From NCBI GenBank assembly GCA_951406725.2, contig OX597814.1, forward strand, positions 77,562,001 through 77,626,000: DNA of 64,000 nt, given 5' to 3'. The notes beneath the pieces were generated by a model. The model was not told the DNA's origin and made no database searches. It was given only the letters and a program-made list of their open reading frames with translations. The stretch comes from Octopus vulgaris. Lineage: Eukaryota. The position numbers and the translations under genes are program-made. Shown here piece after piece: positions 12,001 through 24,000 of this stretch (positions within the stretch are counted from its first letter, which is position 1; the number at the start of each line of letters is the position of its first letter).

Positions 12001-15000
12001 AGTTGAAGTTGGCATAGCGGACAGAGAAATCCCTTACCTGATGGAGTAAGAGGTACTCTAGGTATGAACACATCTTTTCCCATGCCACATCCCATGAGAA
12101 TCATGGCCTCAATGACATGTGGCAGTAGGTTTTTCATCATTAACTACGTTCTGTTGCAGAGCCTTGGTGGCCCCAGATTTCTCAGCAGCACCATTGGAGC
12201 TCCAAGTTTGAGACACAATGTATGAGGTGATAGTCCTGAGGGGTTCAGGGAATTGAGGAATTCTGTTGGAAAATTGACAACCTCTTCTGGTTCCACAGCA
12301 GTGTCAATGGACTTGTAGGTATGAAGACTTCCTGGAAGGTACTGCAACAAATCTTAATTGAGTTTCACCACAAAGTTGTTTTTCAGAGCTAATGTGGTCC
12401 TATTGCACCACTGACTTACGGTTTTGTAATTTATCGGTAGATTGGAAAAAACAGCAGCCATGAGATCATCAACAGTGTGAACAATGGTGCATACTTGTGA
12501 GACTGTCATCTCTCCAGCTGCATACAAAGGTGCATTACTGTTGCAAACTGTTAGAAGGTCTTTGGAAAAATCAGCTGATGAGTGATCGCCGAACAGCTGA
12601 GCTCTCATCGCTGAACAGCTGAGCTCTCATCGCCGAACAGCTGAGCTCTCATATTGGTTTTAAGGGACCAAATTCTTATCTGCTGCCACAGGGAAGCAGA
12701 CTTAATGCAAGCCCCAACAGCATTTACCCTGGTGCCTTTTGGAATAACTGGGAGAGTTTGCCTAAAATCACCAGATAGCAGGAGAAATATTCCTCCTATT
12801 GGACGGTGACAGTCCCTTATATCTTGCAGGGTCCTCTCTAGGTCCTCAAGGGATCCTTTATGGGCCATTGTGCATTCATCCCACACAATGAGCTGGCACT
12901 ATCTCAGGACTTCTGCTTTGTCCGAGCCCTTGCTGATATTGCAAGTTGCAGAGTCAGGTGTAGTCGTATTAAATGGAAGTTTAAAAGCAGAATGAGCTGT
13001 CCTACCTCTGGGAAGTAGAGTTGCAGCAATCCCAGAAAAAACCACAGCCAAAGTGATCCCTTTCTGTTGCTGTACTTTTGTGAGGAGGAACTTCCTAATG
13101 AATATTTTACCTGTTCCTGCTGGGGCATCCAAAAAGAAAATGCCTTTTTTGCGATCACGAATGGAATCAACAATGATGCTGTAAGCCTGCTGCTGGTCCT
13201 GCAACAACTTTGGCTCATCTTCGTTGATGTGTCATTCAAGGGCATCAATGTCATATGATGTTTCCTGAATTATGCCTGTTGGAAGTGTGTGTGAGCCTGT
13301 TTGGTGTACTTTCAGTCCACCATAAGATGGAAATTCATTTCCGCTGGCAGATAAAATTCTATCTTCAATGTCAATGAAAGCTCTGTTGTAGAATTCATCG
13401 CTAAGGCCTATGTCCAAGTCAGGAAGCAGCAGTTGTCCATGGTATTTGAAGTCTTCAGAAAGGTTTTCTCTATATTTCTCCTGCAGAGATACAGGATCAC
13501 TGAGCTTGCACATTTGCAATATCACCGCAAAGAGCGCTCAGAGACTTCTTACTGATTTATTGTAGCTGCCTCCACCAGTGTTGCATCCCACTGAGCACCG
13601 TCTTCTAGTTGCCCATGTTTAAAACATGCTTCACAGTATGTGATACAAACTCCTCCGTTAAAACATTTCAAGTCATTGAAAGATGTTGGCCCTCTTATCT
13701 CATGTAGTAGAAGTCATAGATACAAACACTCCTGTTGGCTTGAATGAACTGTGTAAACTCTCCTGAGGCAATGGGAGAACTTTATGCAGGGTTGTCCAAT
13801 CTTTCTTCATGTCCAATTGTTGATGCCGTTCCAAGTGAAATATGATGACACTTGAAGATAGAGGAATGTCTAGGTGAAGGTGTCATTTTTGCATAACTTG
13901 AAGAAGGCTGTGAGCATGTTGTCCTTGAGTTCCTGTGCTAGCTGAGCAGCAGTAGAATGTGAGAAGTAAACTTGTAGGTCATTTTCAAGATGCATCACCA
14001 GCTGCTCGATGGGAGGCTGTCTCTGGTATATTGGAAAGTCAAAGAATTGCCAGAATGCCTCACTGCTGCTGATGTATTGGCTGACTTAGTATCGAGTGAC
14101 TTCATCTTGGCTGTTTTCCATTTGAAGGGCGAATGAAGTGGCGTCTGACTCCTTGTTGACGTACTTGCAGACATGCTTTATCGACTTGACGGAATTACAA
14201 TATTCAACATTAATGTGGGCATTGAATACTTTAAGTAGAAGTGGGCAGTAGGAGACAATCCACCTGTTATCAACATCATGTTTACCAATTTTCACAACAA
14301 GTCCTCCATCCGCTGGCTTCCTGTGGCGATATAGTGAGTAGCCATCACCGCCTGTCTGGGTTTCTTGGAGAAATTTTCTTGGATGCTTCTTGCTGCACCT
14401 GTTTTCTTTAAGGCATGGTGACATCATGCTGAATCCACTTCCATATGGTCTATGTCACTATATCATAGAAGTCTTTCTCCAAATTTGGGTCAGGGAGCTC
14501 TGCAGAAATAATACTGTTAATGTCAGTGGTGCTGATTTTCGTTGAGAGCTAAATGAGTATGTGGGCATGTGGCAGGCCTCTCTTTTGCCACTCAATGGAG
14601 TACATGTAGCACCAAATGTCTCCAAACATCTTAATTTTTGAATGAGTTCCATTAGTTTTGCCAACTTCTGTTGGTAGACTCTGGCCAGAAGGTCATGTCT
14701 GGTTTTGGCCTTTTGCCTTGGGAACAATTCACTGCTGATTTCATTTGGGTTGCAGGTGAAAGTGATGAAACGGTCAGGTCTACCGTAGTGGCACACATAC
14801 ATCATGGCATCCTGTATGTGTTCGTGCATATAGCAAGGGCTTCCTTTAAACATAGGCGTAGGAGTGGCTGTGTGGTAAGTAGCTTGCTTACAAACCACAT
14901 GGTTCCGGGTTCAGTCCCACTGCGTGGCACTTTGGGCAAGTGTCTTCTACTATAGCCTCGGGCCAACCAAAGCCTTGTGAGTGGATTTGGTAACCAGAAA

Positions 15001-18000
15001 CTGAAAGAAGCCTGTTGTATATATGTGTGTGTGTGTATATATGTTTGTGTGTCTGTGTTTGTTCCCCTAACATCGCTTGACAACCAATGCTGGTGTGTTT
15101 ATGTCCCCATAACTTAACGGTTTGGCAAAAGAGACTGATAGAATAAGTACTAGGCTTAGAAAGAATAAGTCCTGGGGTCGATTTGTTCGACTAAAGGCGG
15201 TGCTCCAGCATGGCCACAGTCAAATGACTGAAACGAGTAAAAGAGTAAAAGAGAAGTATGCACACTCTTCCAAGATTTTCGGAAGTGATGTCATTGTTAA
15301 TGCCATCTCGAAGGTGAATGTAGCTCTCCGAACGCAAGCGCTTTTAGTTTTACTTAATATAGCACAATCTTTCAGACTCATTTTTGTGTACATGTCCACA
15401 GCAAATTGCATGTTGGAGGTGATTGAAGCAGCCATCGCGGACCATAAAACAGTTAACATAGAATTGCTTGCAGGATACAGTTTTGTTGCTGTCACACAAA
15501 AGAATTCGGAAGTGATATCCATTAGCGTCATCTGGAAAAAAAATGGGGTATTGCATTGCATTGTAGGACCTGTGGGTCTCACTGATCCTTTGCAGGGCCT
15601 TGTCCCTACACTGAAGGATAATGTCCCATTTGTTGTGGTGTTCTCCATGAAGAGTCACAGCAATTTCATTGCATGTGGGTGCATTAAAATGGCCTGCATG
15701 GGAGTCAGGTGGCTTCTTGTCAGCATCGACGACAACAGCAAAGTTTGGTGCAGGGGCGGCTTTCAATGCATATTTAAAACTACAAACATAGCTGTTCTCT
15801 TCATGCATCATCTTTTGAAGTTTCAGCAGGATGTCTAATTCTGTAAAAGGTGAAATTGAAGCATGCCTTTCGGATTGGTCCATGTAGTTACTGATGAAGT
15901 AGAGTTGTAGGAACTGAGGCTCTTCATTTGACATTGGCAGAAGTGATCCAATTCTGTGGTAAATTTGCCCTTGGGCTTTAAAAGTTGACATGAAGCCGCC
16001 CTCTCATATGATTATAGCTTCATGGAGAAAAAGCAGAGTATGAATCTTTAAGAATTTTACCCATCACCTCATCACCTACAAAAAGCTACACACTTCCAAT
16101 GTTTCACTTTTAGCTTTTTTGGAAAGTGGGGAAGTTTCTTCAGAAATAATGTCGTTTACCTGTTGTTTCTAGCATGTTGGGTTTTCTGTTGGTGGAAACA
16201 TCAGACAGTAGGTGATGGGTGGGCAAGGTGGGGGAAGGAGCATTGAGTGTTTCTTTAAGAAAAATTAAACTATGAAAATATATATATTTCCCAGATTCAT
16301 AATCTCTATTTTTCTATGTAGAAGACAAAAAAAAAAAAAATTTTTTTAAAGTTACAAATTAAGAAATTATTCTGAATATGGGGGGAAATAAAAATTTTGA
16401 AAACATGATTTCTGGACAAAATCGTTTTAACCCCCTTTTATATGATGAAACAATACATAGTTTCTGATTCTCCTCAAGAACAGAAAGCACTTTCATGCAA
16501 ACCCATGCAAATTGTACCACCTACTTTACTTTTAAACAAACAATAACTTCCATTATGTCATTAACTGTATATTAGTGGTGCCAATTCTGCCCATAAGAAA
16601 GGAGCAAATAATACAATGTGCCTGTTGGTTACAACACCCGGGGAACACAGGGATGCATTGCTAGTATATTATATATGTATGTATGTGTGTGTATATATAT
16701 ATATATATGGGGAAAAATTTAAGGTAGAAAATGCTAAAATAATTTTATAAAAAACATTTCAGTATCAGTTTCAGTCATTGAGACTTTTTCAACTGTAAGT
16801 ATGGAAAACAATTAAATTTTGGAAAAGTTAAAAGAAAAGTTTTTTAAAAGAATATTTGCATAGTATTCAAATACAAGGGGCATTTTTCTTGTTTCTGCTT
16901 GTCTCTGTCTCTCTTGTTTACTCTTGTGAGTTCGAGGTCGTTGTGAATTCTTGGGAGAGAAGAAGAAGAAGGAGGAGGTGAATGTGGGAGTGCCATGATA
17001 GTAGTAGGATGTTAAATGGTCAAGTGCCCTGAAAGTGACTTGTGGATGGTAGTAGTGATTGAATTCTTGAAACATCTCTTTTGAATGTATTGTTTATAAT
17101 ATTTGCTTAGGTGTTATTCTAAACAGCAATAGTAGTAAAGTAAGGAAGGGGGTGGCAGAGAGGAAGAAAATGAAGAAGAAGGGGAAAGAGAAGAGAGAAT
17201 AATAAATTAATGCAGGTGGTATGATAGTAGTAGGATGTTAAATGGTCAAGTAACCTAAAAGTGGCTTGTTATCGATTATAGCAGTGATGGGACTGTTTTT
17301 TAATGAATTCTTGGGTATTTCTTGAATGTATCATTTTTAATATTTGCGTGTGTATTTGTGTTATTCTAAAGCCATGGTAGATATGTCATTTGTTGTAGAT
17401 GCATTCAAAAGGGGTCTGTATTTTTTAATAAAGAGAGTCTCTTTACTAATTCCTTGGCTACAGGTTGTATTATCGCTGAATTGGTAGAGGGGAAAAATTC
17501 TGAAGCTTGGATTTTTGTTATTGGCGCAAATGTTGATGTGTTGGTTGAATGCTAGTTTTCTGTTTTTGAGAATTTTGATCTGGGATCTGTGCAGAGCCAT
17601 CCTTTGATGTAGACTGTTTTTTGGTGGCCTATGTATTGCTCTTGACACCCAGAGCAGGTTAGTGCATATATTAGGTTCTCCAAAGCACATGTAAAGCTGC
17701 TTTTCACTGTGAAACGTTGTCCCTGTTTGAAGGAAAACTCTGATCCTTCAATTGAACTGATGCATATCTCACAGTTGGGTCTTCTGCATTTTTTTACTGA
17801 CGGCTTCTGTGTTGTTGTCGAGTGTATTTGGGCTTGTGTTAGGAGATTTTTCATAGATTTGGCTGTCCCTTGCTTTTTATGATGGTATGTGTTTGGAGGA
17901 TTAAATTCATTCTGTGGTCCTTTTTTAGCAGGGGAATGTTTTGAAGGATGGTGTTGAAGGCTTCATTGTTAAGAGGGTTGTGTGTGGAGATGTATGGTAG

Positions 18001-21000
18001 GGCTTTTGGTTGTAGATCTTTCTTTAATTTGGGATGTCTGAGTTCGTGGATGTTGAGTTGTAGGGCACATTGAAATTATATAATACGACGGGCTTCTTTT
18101 AGTTTCTGTGTACCAAATCCACTCACAAGGCTTTGGTTGGCCTGGAATTATAGTAGAAGACACTTGCCCAAGGTGCTATGCAGTGGGACTGAACCTGGAA
18201 CCATGTGGTTGGGAAGCAAGCTTTTCACCGCACAGCCATGCCTCCGCCTATAAATCTATATGTTTGAGGAATTCTTTTGCTCTTTCACTAAATATGTTTG
18301 AATTAATTGTTGATGTAAATGTGCCTCTGGCAAAATAATTACATTAATTCAAAGTATTCGTGATAAATATTTTTTGTTTTATTTGTTACAGATGATGATC
18401 AAAAAGATATTCAAAGTGAGTTTTTATTTTTGATAACTTTTTATTCATCTAGATTATTTGAACGAAGCAATAGGTTTAGTTTTATTGCTCTATTGAATTA
18501 TTACTTTATTCACTTAATCATCATCATCATCATCGTTTAGCGTCCGTTTTCTATGCTTTAGCATTCAGATTACTCTGTCTAATGTAATGCCTTTTATTCT
18601 CATTATTTTGAATTAATCATTAATTATCTTGTAGCTTTGAAACTTCAGTAATATAATTGTTTATTTTTCAAGTGGTATGGTAGGCTAGGTGTGAGAGGCC
18701 AAATATGGCCAGTTTGAGCATAAGATGTCTAGAATATTTGGGCTGGATATGGCCAGCTTAAATGCTAAAGGATTAATTTAAATACAGTCAATGTTAAAAC
18801 ATTTTAGTCAAATACAGTATAAAACTGACTTATGTATATTATTTACTTTTCCTCTGTATGATAGCATATGTAGAATGTGTTGTAAATTTGGACATCTTTA
18901 CATTATTGGAGCTTTTGCTTTTGCAGCTGAGGTCCTTTCATCCACTAAGTATTCAGTTGGGAAGTAGGACATTAGATCCTGTCTGTAAACTGGACAAATC
19001 AGTTAGTGTTTATAAGGTTACTCAATGGGTTAGATGGTAGACTTAACCTATTACCTGGGTTAACACCACCATCAGGCCCTTGGGTGCCTTTAGTGAAATC
19101 CAGTCTGTTGAAAACATTTGGACTGGATGTTCAATCTGAGGATAATTTTTTCTAATTTCTTTTCTCTAAAAGGATCATGAACAATACTCTTCCTCCTGTG
19201 AATATACTCAACACTGCTTAATTTTTGGGAACGGAAGAGAATCAATTATTTCTACACCAGTTTGATCATATTATTGACATTTGGAAACAAAGAATGCTTA
19301 GCAGCATTTCAATTTCTTCTGGTTTTATATTCTGAGTTCAAATGCTGCTGACTTTGCCTATCATCCTTTTTGGGTTGATAAAATAAGTACCAGTTGAGTA
19401 CTAGGGCTGATAAAATATGTACTAATTGAGCACTGTGGTTGATGCAGTCCATTAGCCCCGCTCCACAAACTTTTATGCCTTGTGCCTATAGTAGAAAGGA
19501 TTATTTAGCTTTTGTTTGCTAGTTTTGCTGGGAATTAATTGTTGTAGTTGATCCATTTGATTATTTCTGTGTCATGTCAAAACTGGCTTTCAGCCTTGTC
19601 AAAAGAGCCAATATCAGATTTTATAAAAACTTGAGTGCTAAACAGCAAACAATAAGCACCTGACCATTCCACTCTTCTGTTATCATAAATGCAAAAGGAA
19701 CTTCTACTTGGGTCACTTGGCCTACTGGTAATACCGGCTAAATCTTTCTCAGATTATACCTTAACATTTAAAAAGGACATATAAAAACTGGAACATTTTT
19801 TGATCATAAATTAGGTCTGCTTGTTCAGTACAGGGCTAAACTACAACAACAACAATTCGAGAATGCATTTTCAATTTTTGTTTAAAGTAATTTCACTTTC
19901 TCCACATCACAGCTATGTTTTTTTTTTGTATCATAAAATTTGTAGAGTTTTTATGCCTAATCAAAAGAAAACAAAATTAAATTTGGTATTTAACTTTTAA
20001 AATTATGATAATAATTTAAGGAATCTATTAATGATGGTAACTTAATCTGGTCTCCCTCTTAGATATGCGAAAACCTTACAGGTCTTCTAAAGACATTTTT
20101 GACTTGTCCCAACTTGTCTCCAGAAATCCTATGAAGCAATTTCAAGCTTGGTTCCAAGAAGCTAGTAACCATCCTCAAATTATTGAAACCAATGCGATAG
20201 CTTTAGCTACTGCAACACTGTAAGCTATATTTTATTGTTCCCATATTATCAATTAATAAATTAATTATTAAATATTATTACAGTTAATTATTTTTATTGT
20301 TGAAAATAATTTAGGTATGGCTATGTTGGTATGATTTTGCTTTGCATTCTGTGTTTAAATGCTGCTAACTGTGCCTTTCATCCTTTTGGGGGTTGATAAA
20401 ATAAGTAACAGCTGAGCACTGAGGTCAATGTAATCCATTAGTCCCTCTCCACCAAATTTTTCAGGCCTTGTGCCTATAACAGAAAGGTGTTTTTAGCTTT
20501 TGTTTGCAGGTCATTCTGTGAATTAATTGTTCGGAGTTGATTTCTACTGAATAGCATCTTGGATGAGTGTCTTCCACTAAAGCCTCAGATTGACCAGTGT
20601 CTTGTGAGTGAAACTATTGAAGCCTGTTGTGTTTATATATATATATTTGTATAAATATATGTACATATATATGTGTATAATGTACATAGGTGGCAAACTG
20701 GTAGAATCATTAGTACACTGAGTAAAATGCTTAGCAGTATTTTGTCTGTCCTTTTGTGCTAATTTCAAATTCTGCCAAGCACAACTTTGCCTTTCATCCT
20801 TTCAGGATCAATAAAATAAATACCATCTGAGCACTGGGGTTGATGTGATTGACTTAATTACTCCTGGGTTTGAGTATAAAATAACTGCAATCCTATGCCA
20901 AGCCAGTGTGGCAGAGTAGGCTCATCAAACCAGTACAACAACCCATTCTCTGGTGGAGAATTCAATCCATAAATAAGAGTGCATGCGCACACGTGTGTGT

Positions 21001-24000
21001 GTGTGTGTGTGTGTGTGTACACAAATGCATGTGTGTTTGCATGCATATGTGTGTGCGTGTGCTTGTCTTCATATATCTTCACATCAATGCTGCTTGGGCA
21101 GCAGTGATATTGCTATATATTGCATAAACAAGAAGTTTGGCAGCTTGACACTTCAGTGTGTGAAGACATGAATTAAAGTACTTTACCTGAAAACAACCAA
21201 TTGTTGGCATCAGGAAGTGTATCTACCCATTGAATACTGTCCCCAGAAATCACACCTAATCCATGCCAGCATGAAAAAATAAACATGTAAAATTATGATG
21301 GATTATATTAGAAACTGTTATTATTTAAGCAGTGAAGGAAGTGAGGTTGTAGAATTATTAGCACATCAGACAAAATGTGTAGTGACATTTCTTCCAGTTT
21401 TGCATTCTGAGTTCAGGTTCTGTCAAGCTTGACTTTGCCTTTCATTCTTTTGGGGTTGATAAAATAAGTACCAATTGAACATTGATTATTGTAATCAGCT
21501 AGTTTCCTCCCTAAAATTTCAGGCCTTGTGCTTTTAGTAGAAAGGATTATTATTATTATTATTTATTTAAAAATATAGAGCATTGGATTAAATACCTAGG
21601 GGTATTTAGTTATATCTGTTTATATCCTGAGTTCAGATTCCTCCAGGATCAATAAAAATGTACCAGTCAATTCCTAGGAGATAATTTAATTGATTAAATC
21701 ACTCTCAAAGTTTATGACCTTATAATTATGTTTGAAATCTCTATTATTAACGTTGTCTCATACTAACACATGGCTGCACATTCTGAAAGATGGAATCTAA
21801 TCAACTGAATCAACTATAATATACATCATCATAAAGTCGGGGCAATAGAACTTGTGTTCCTTGAGCTCCTTTTGTAATGGAGATAGAGCATTGGGCAACC
21901 ACTAATCCTACTCATGCTATCCTGATGGAGGCAAACTTACTCTGAAATATGCAGGGGGGGGGGGGATCTTATAGGACTGCAGCTCTAGCCTGTGTAGTGC
22001 CGTTCTACTGAACTTTGTGGCAGTGGGAGAACTGGTTGCTATTTTAACATCATATCCAGGATCTTGATAGTGAGATATCAATGGTAAAGCAACTAAGATG
22101 ATTTAAGGCAGCTAACTGTTACAGCTATTGTCTTCATTCATGGCTGCACGGTGTTTGTGACATTCTTCCACCTGTTCTGCTAGACTCTGAACTTCACCAT
22201 TAACCCTGGTATGGGAAATTAGAGAAGTTGTTGGCACTTATCCAAGGTGTTACCTCAAATCTCTCAAGAGAAGGGGTGATTTAACATCCTGTAGCAGGTG
22301 TCTGTCTGGATTCAAAGCCAGGACTTGTTATTTACAATCATGAAATTATGATAAATAACCAGACATCAAACAGACTGATGACATTAAAAATTAACTGACC
22401 AGTCAAGGTCAAGAAATGTGAACCTTTCAACCTTGATATTAGTTAACAGAAAGAAGTAAAGCAGACACAGTTAATGTTCACTTCAACAGTAATTTGCCTG
22501 TCTTTACATTCTGTGTTCAAATTCTGCCTAGGTTAACTTTGCCTTTCATCCTGGGGTTGATAAAATAAGAACCAGTTAAGCACTGGGATCGATGTAATCA
22601 AATTCCCTCTCCTCCGAAATTGCCAGCTTTGTGCCAACATTTGAAATCAGTATTAGTGATTTTTTTTTCACATTTGTAACATGGCCACAAATTGCAGAGG
22701 AGGAATATTTGCTTGATGCTTATGAATTCTGGAAGTAAGAAAGGTAAAATTAACATGGGTGAGATTTAAATTGAGAAAGAGATGAAATTGGTGTGCACCT
22801 GCTCCTACTACTTCACTGCTCTGTTAATAGTTATAGTAATAACACTTGTTGTGGAGGATAGACTTATTGCCACTGTGAATCACTACCTATTTTATAAATA
22901 TTTTAAATTCTTCTTCTTCATAGAACAAAATAATTTCACACACGCAATCAACATCATCAACTCAAAGTGGATGAAGCATCTCATCTTAAAAGAAACTGAA
23001 TACATTGTAGTATAATATGGTTCTCAATACACTGAGAATGAAAAAAAAAAAAAAGCAAAACACAGAAAAAGGCAAAAAAACAAGTAGATGACATGGCTAT
23101 GAGATTAGAAACTTTTTCATTGGTCTGTTAGAATAATATGTATACTGTTTATATTTGTCGGACTGGTGTCCTTGTCTTCATTGTTGATTTCACTATGTTT
23201 TGGCTGTTGTATGCTTCAGCCTTCTTCAAGTATCCTATGTTGAACTCAGATGTTGTATCAGAATTTTGAACTTGCTCCATAGGGGTACACTGTTCTCATT
23301 CCACTCTCTGTGCTTCATGACATTTTTCCAATTGTGATTGGTTATATCTAACTTTTCAATATCTCCTTGTATCACAGTTTTCCAATATTCATCTACCCTT
23401 ACTTTAAGTGGGTGGCATGTTTTTCCTTTGTATACCTTACTGCAGCTGCATGAGATGGAGTACATCAAGTATAGATGATGAAATGTGGGAAAATGGAGAC
23501 CGCCGACCACTGTGGGACAAGGTCAAAATGACAGAGAGCATCACTGGAAAATTAGAAAACTTAAGGGATCAGCGTATATACTAGGACACAACAACCTGCT
23601 AAGCAGGCCATATGCAAAGATGAATATAATTATGGGATCCAATAGTAAAGAAAGAAAAGGGTAGACTGCAACAACAGATTATTTAGACATTAGGTTTAAA
23701 AGTCTTAAAAATTTACTCTGTTACTGCCTACAGGCATAGCGTAGTAGATAAAGATGCTGGTTAATGCAGTTCACCTAAAGGTTCTGAGTTCAATCCCAGG
23801 CAAGGCACTAAGGTAATTCACAAAAAAAAATATGTCATGAAATGCAGAGAGCAGCATGAGAACTGTATACTCATGGAGGAAATAAATGGTTAGGTTCAAA
23901 ATTTTGATACAACAACCAAGTTCAACCTGAAGAAGGCTGGAGCTGTATAACAGTTGAAACAGTGAAATCAAGATGAGGATACCAGTCTGACTAATGTAGA

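Larger units (their letters stand above)
10578..16664 (-). mobile_element. degenerate autonomous-type Helitron (Rep/PIF1 helicase pseudogene, about 15991-11790)
   Basis: Fragments [88 protein letters not shown] and [13 protein letters not shown], with many stops. The 3' hairpin plus CTAG lies at 10578. Confidence 0.9.

Noticed and set aside
12571-12600. Hammerhead-like CTGATGA...CGAAC
   Set aside because: Lacks GAAA and a real stem II/III; it is antisense to helicase-coding sequence and probably coincidental.
15122-15838. 238-aa plus-strand ORF
   Set aside because: SINE tail fused to the antisense of the Helitron Rep region.
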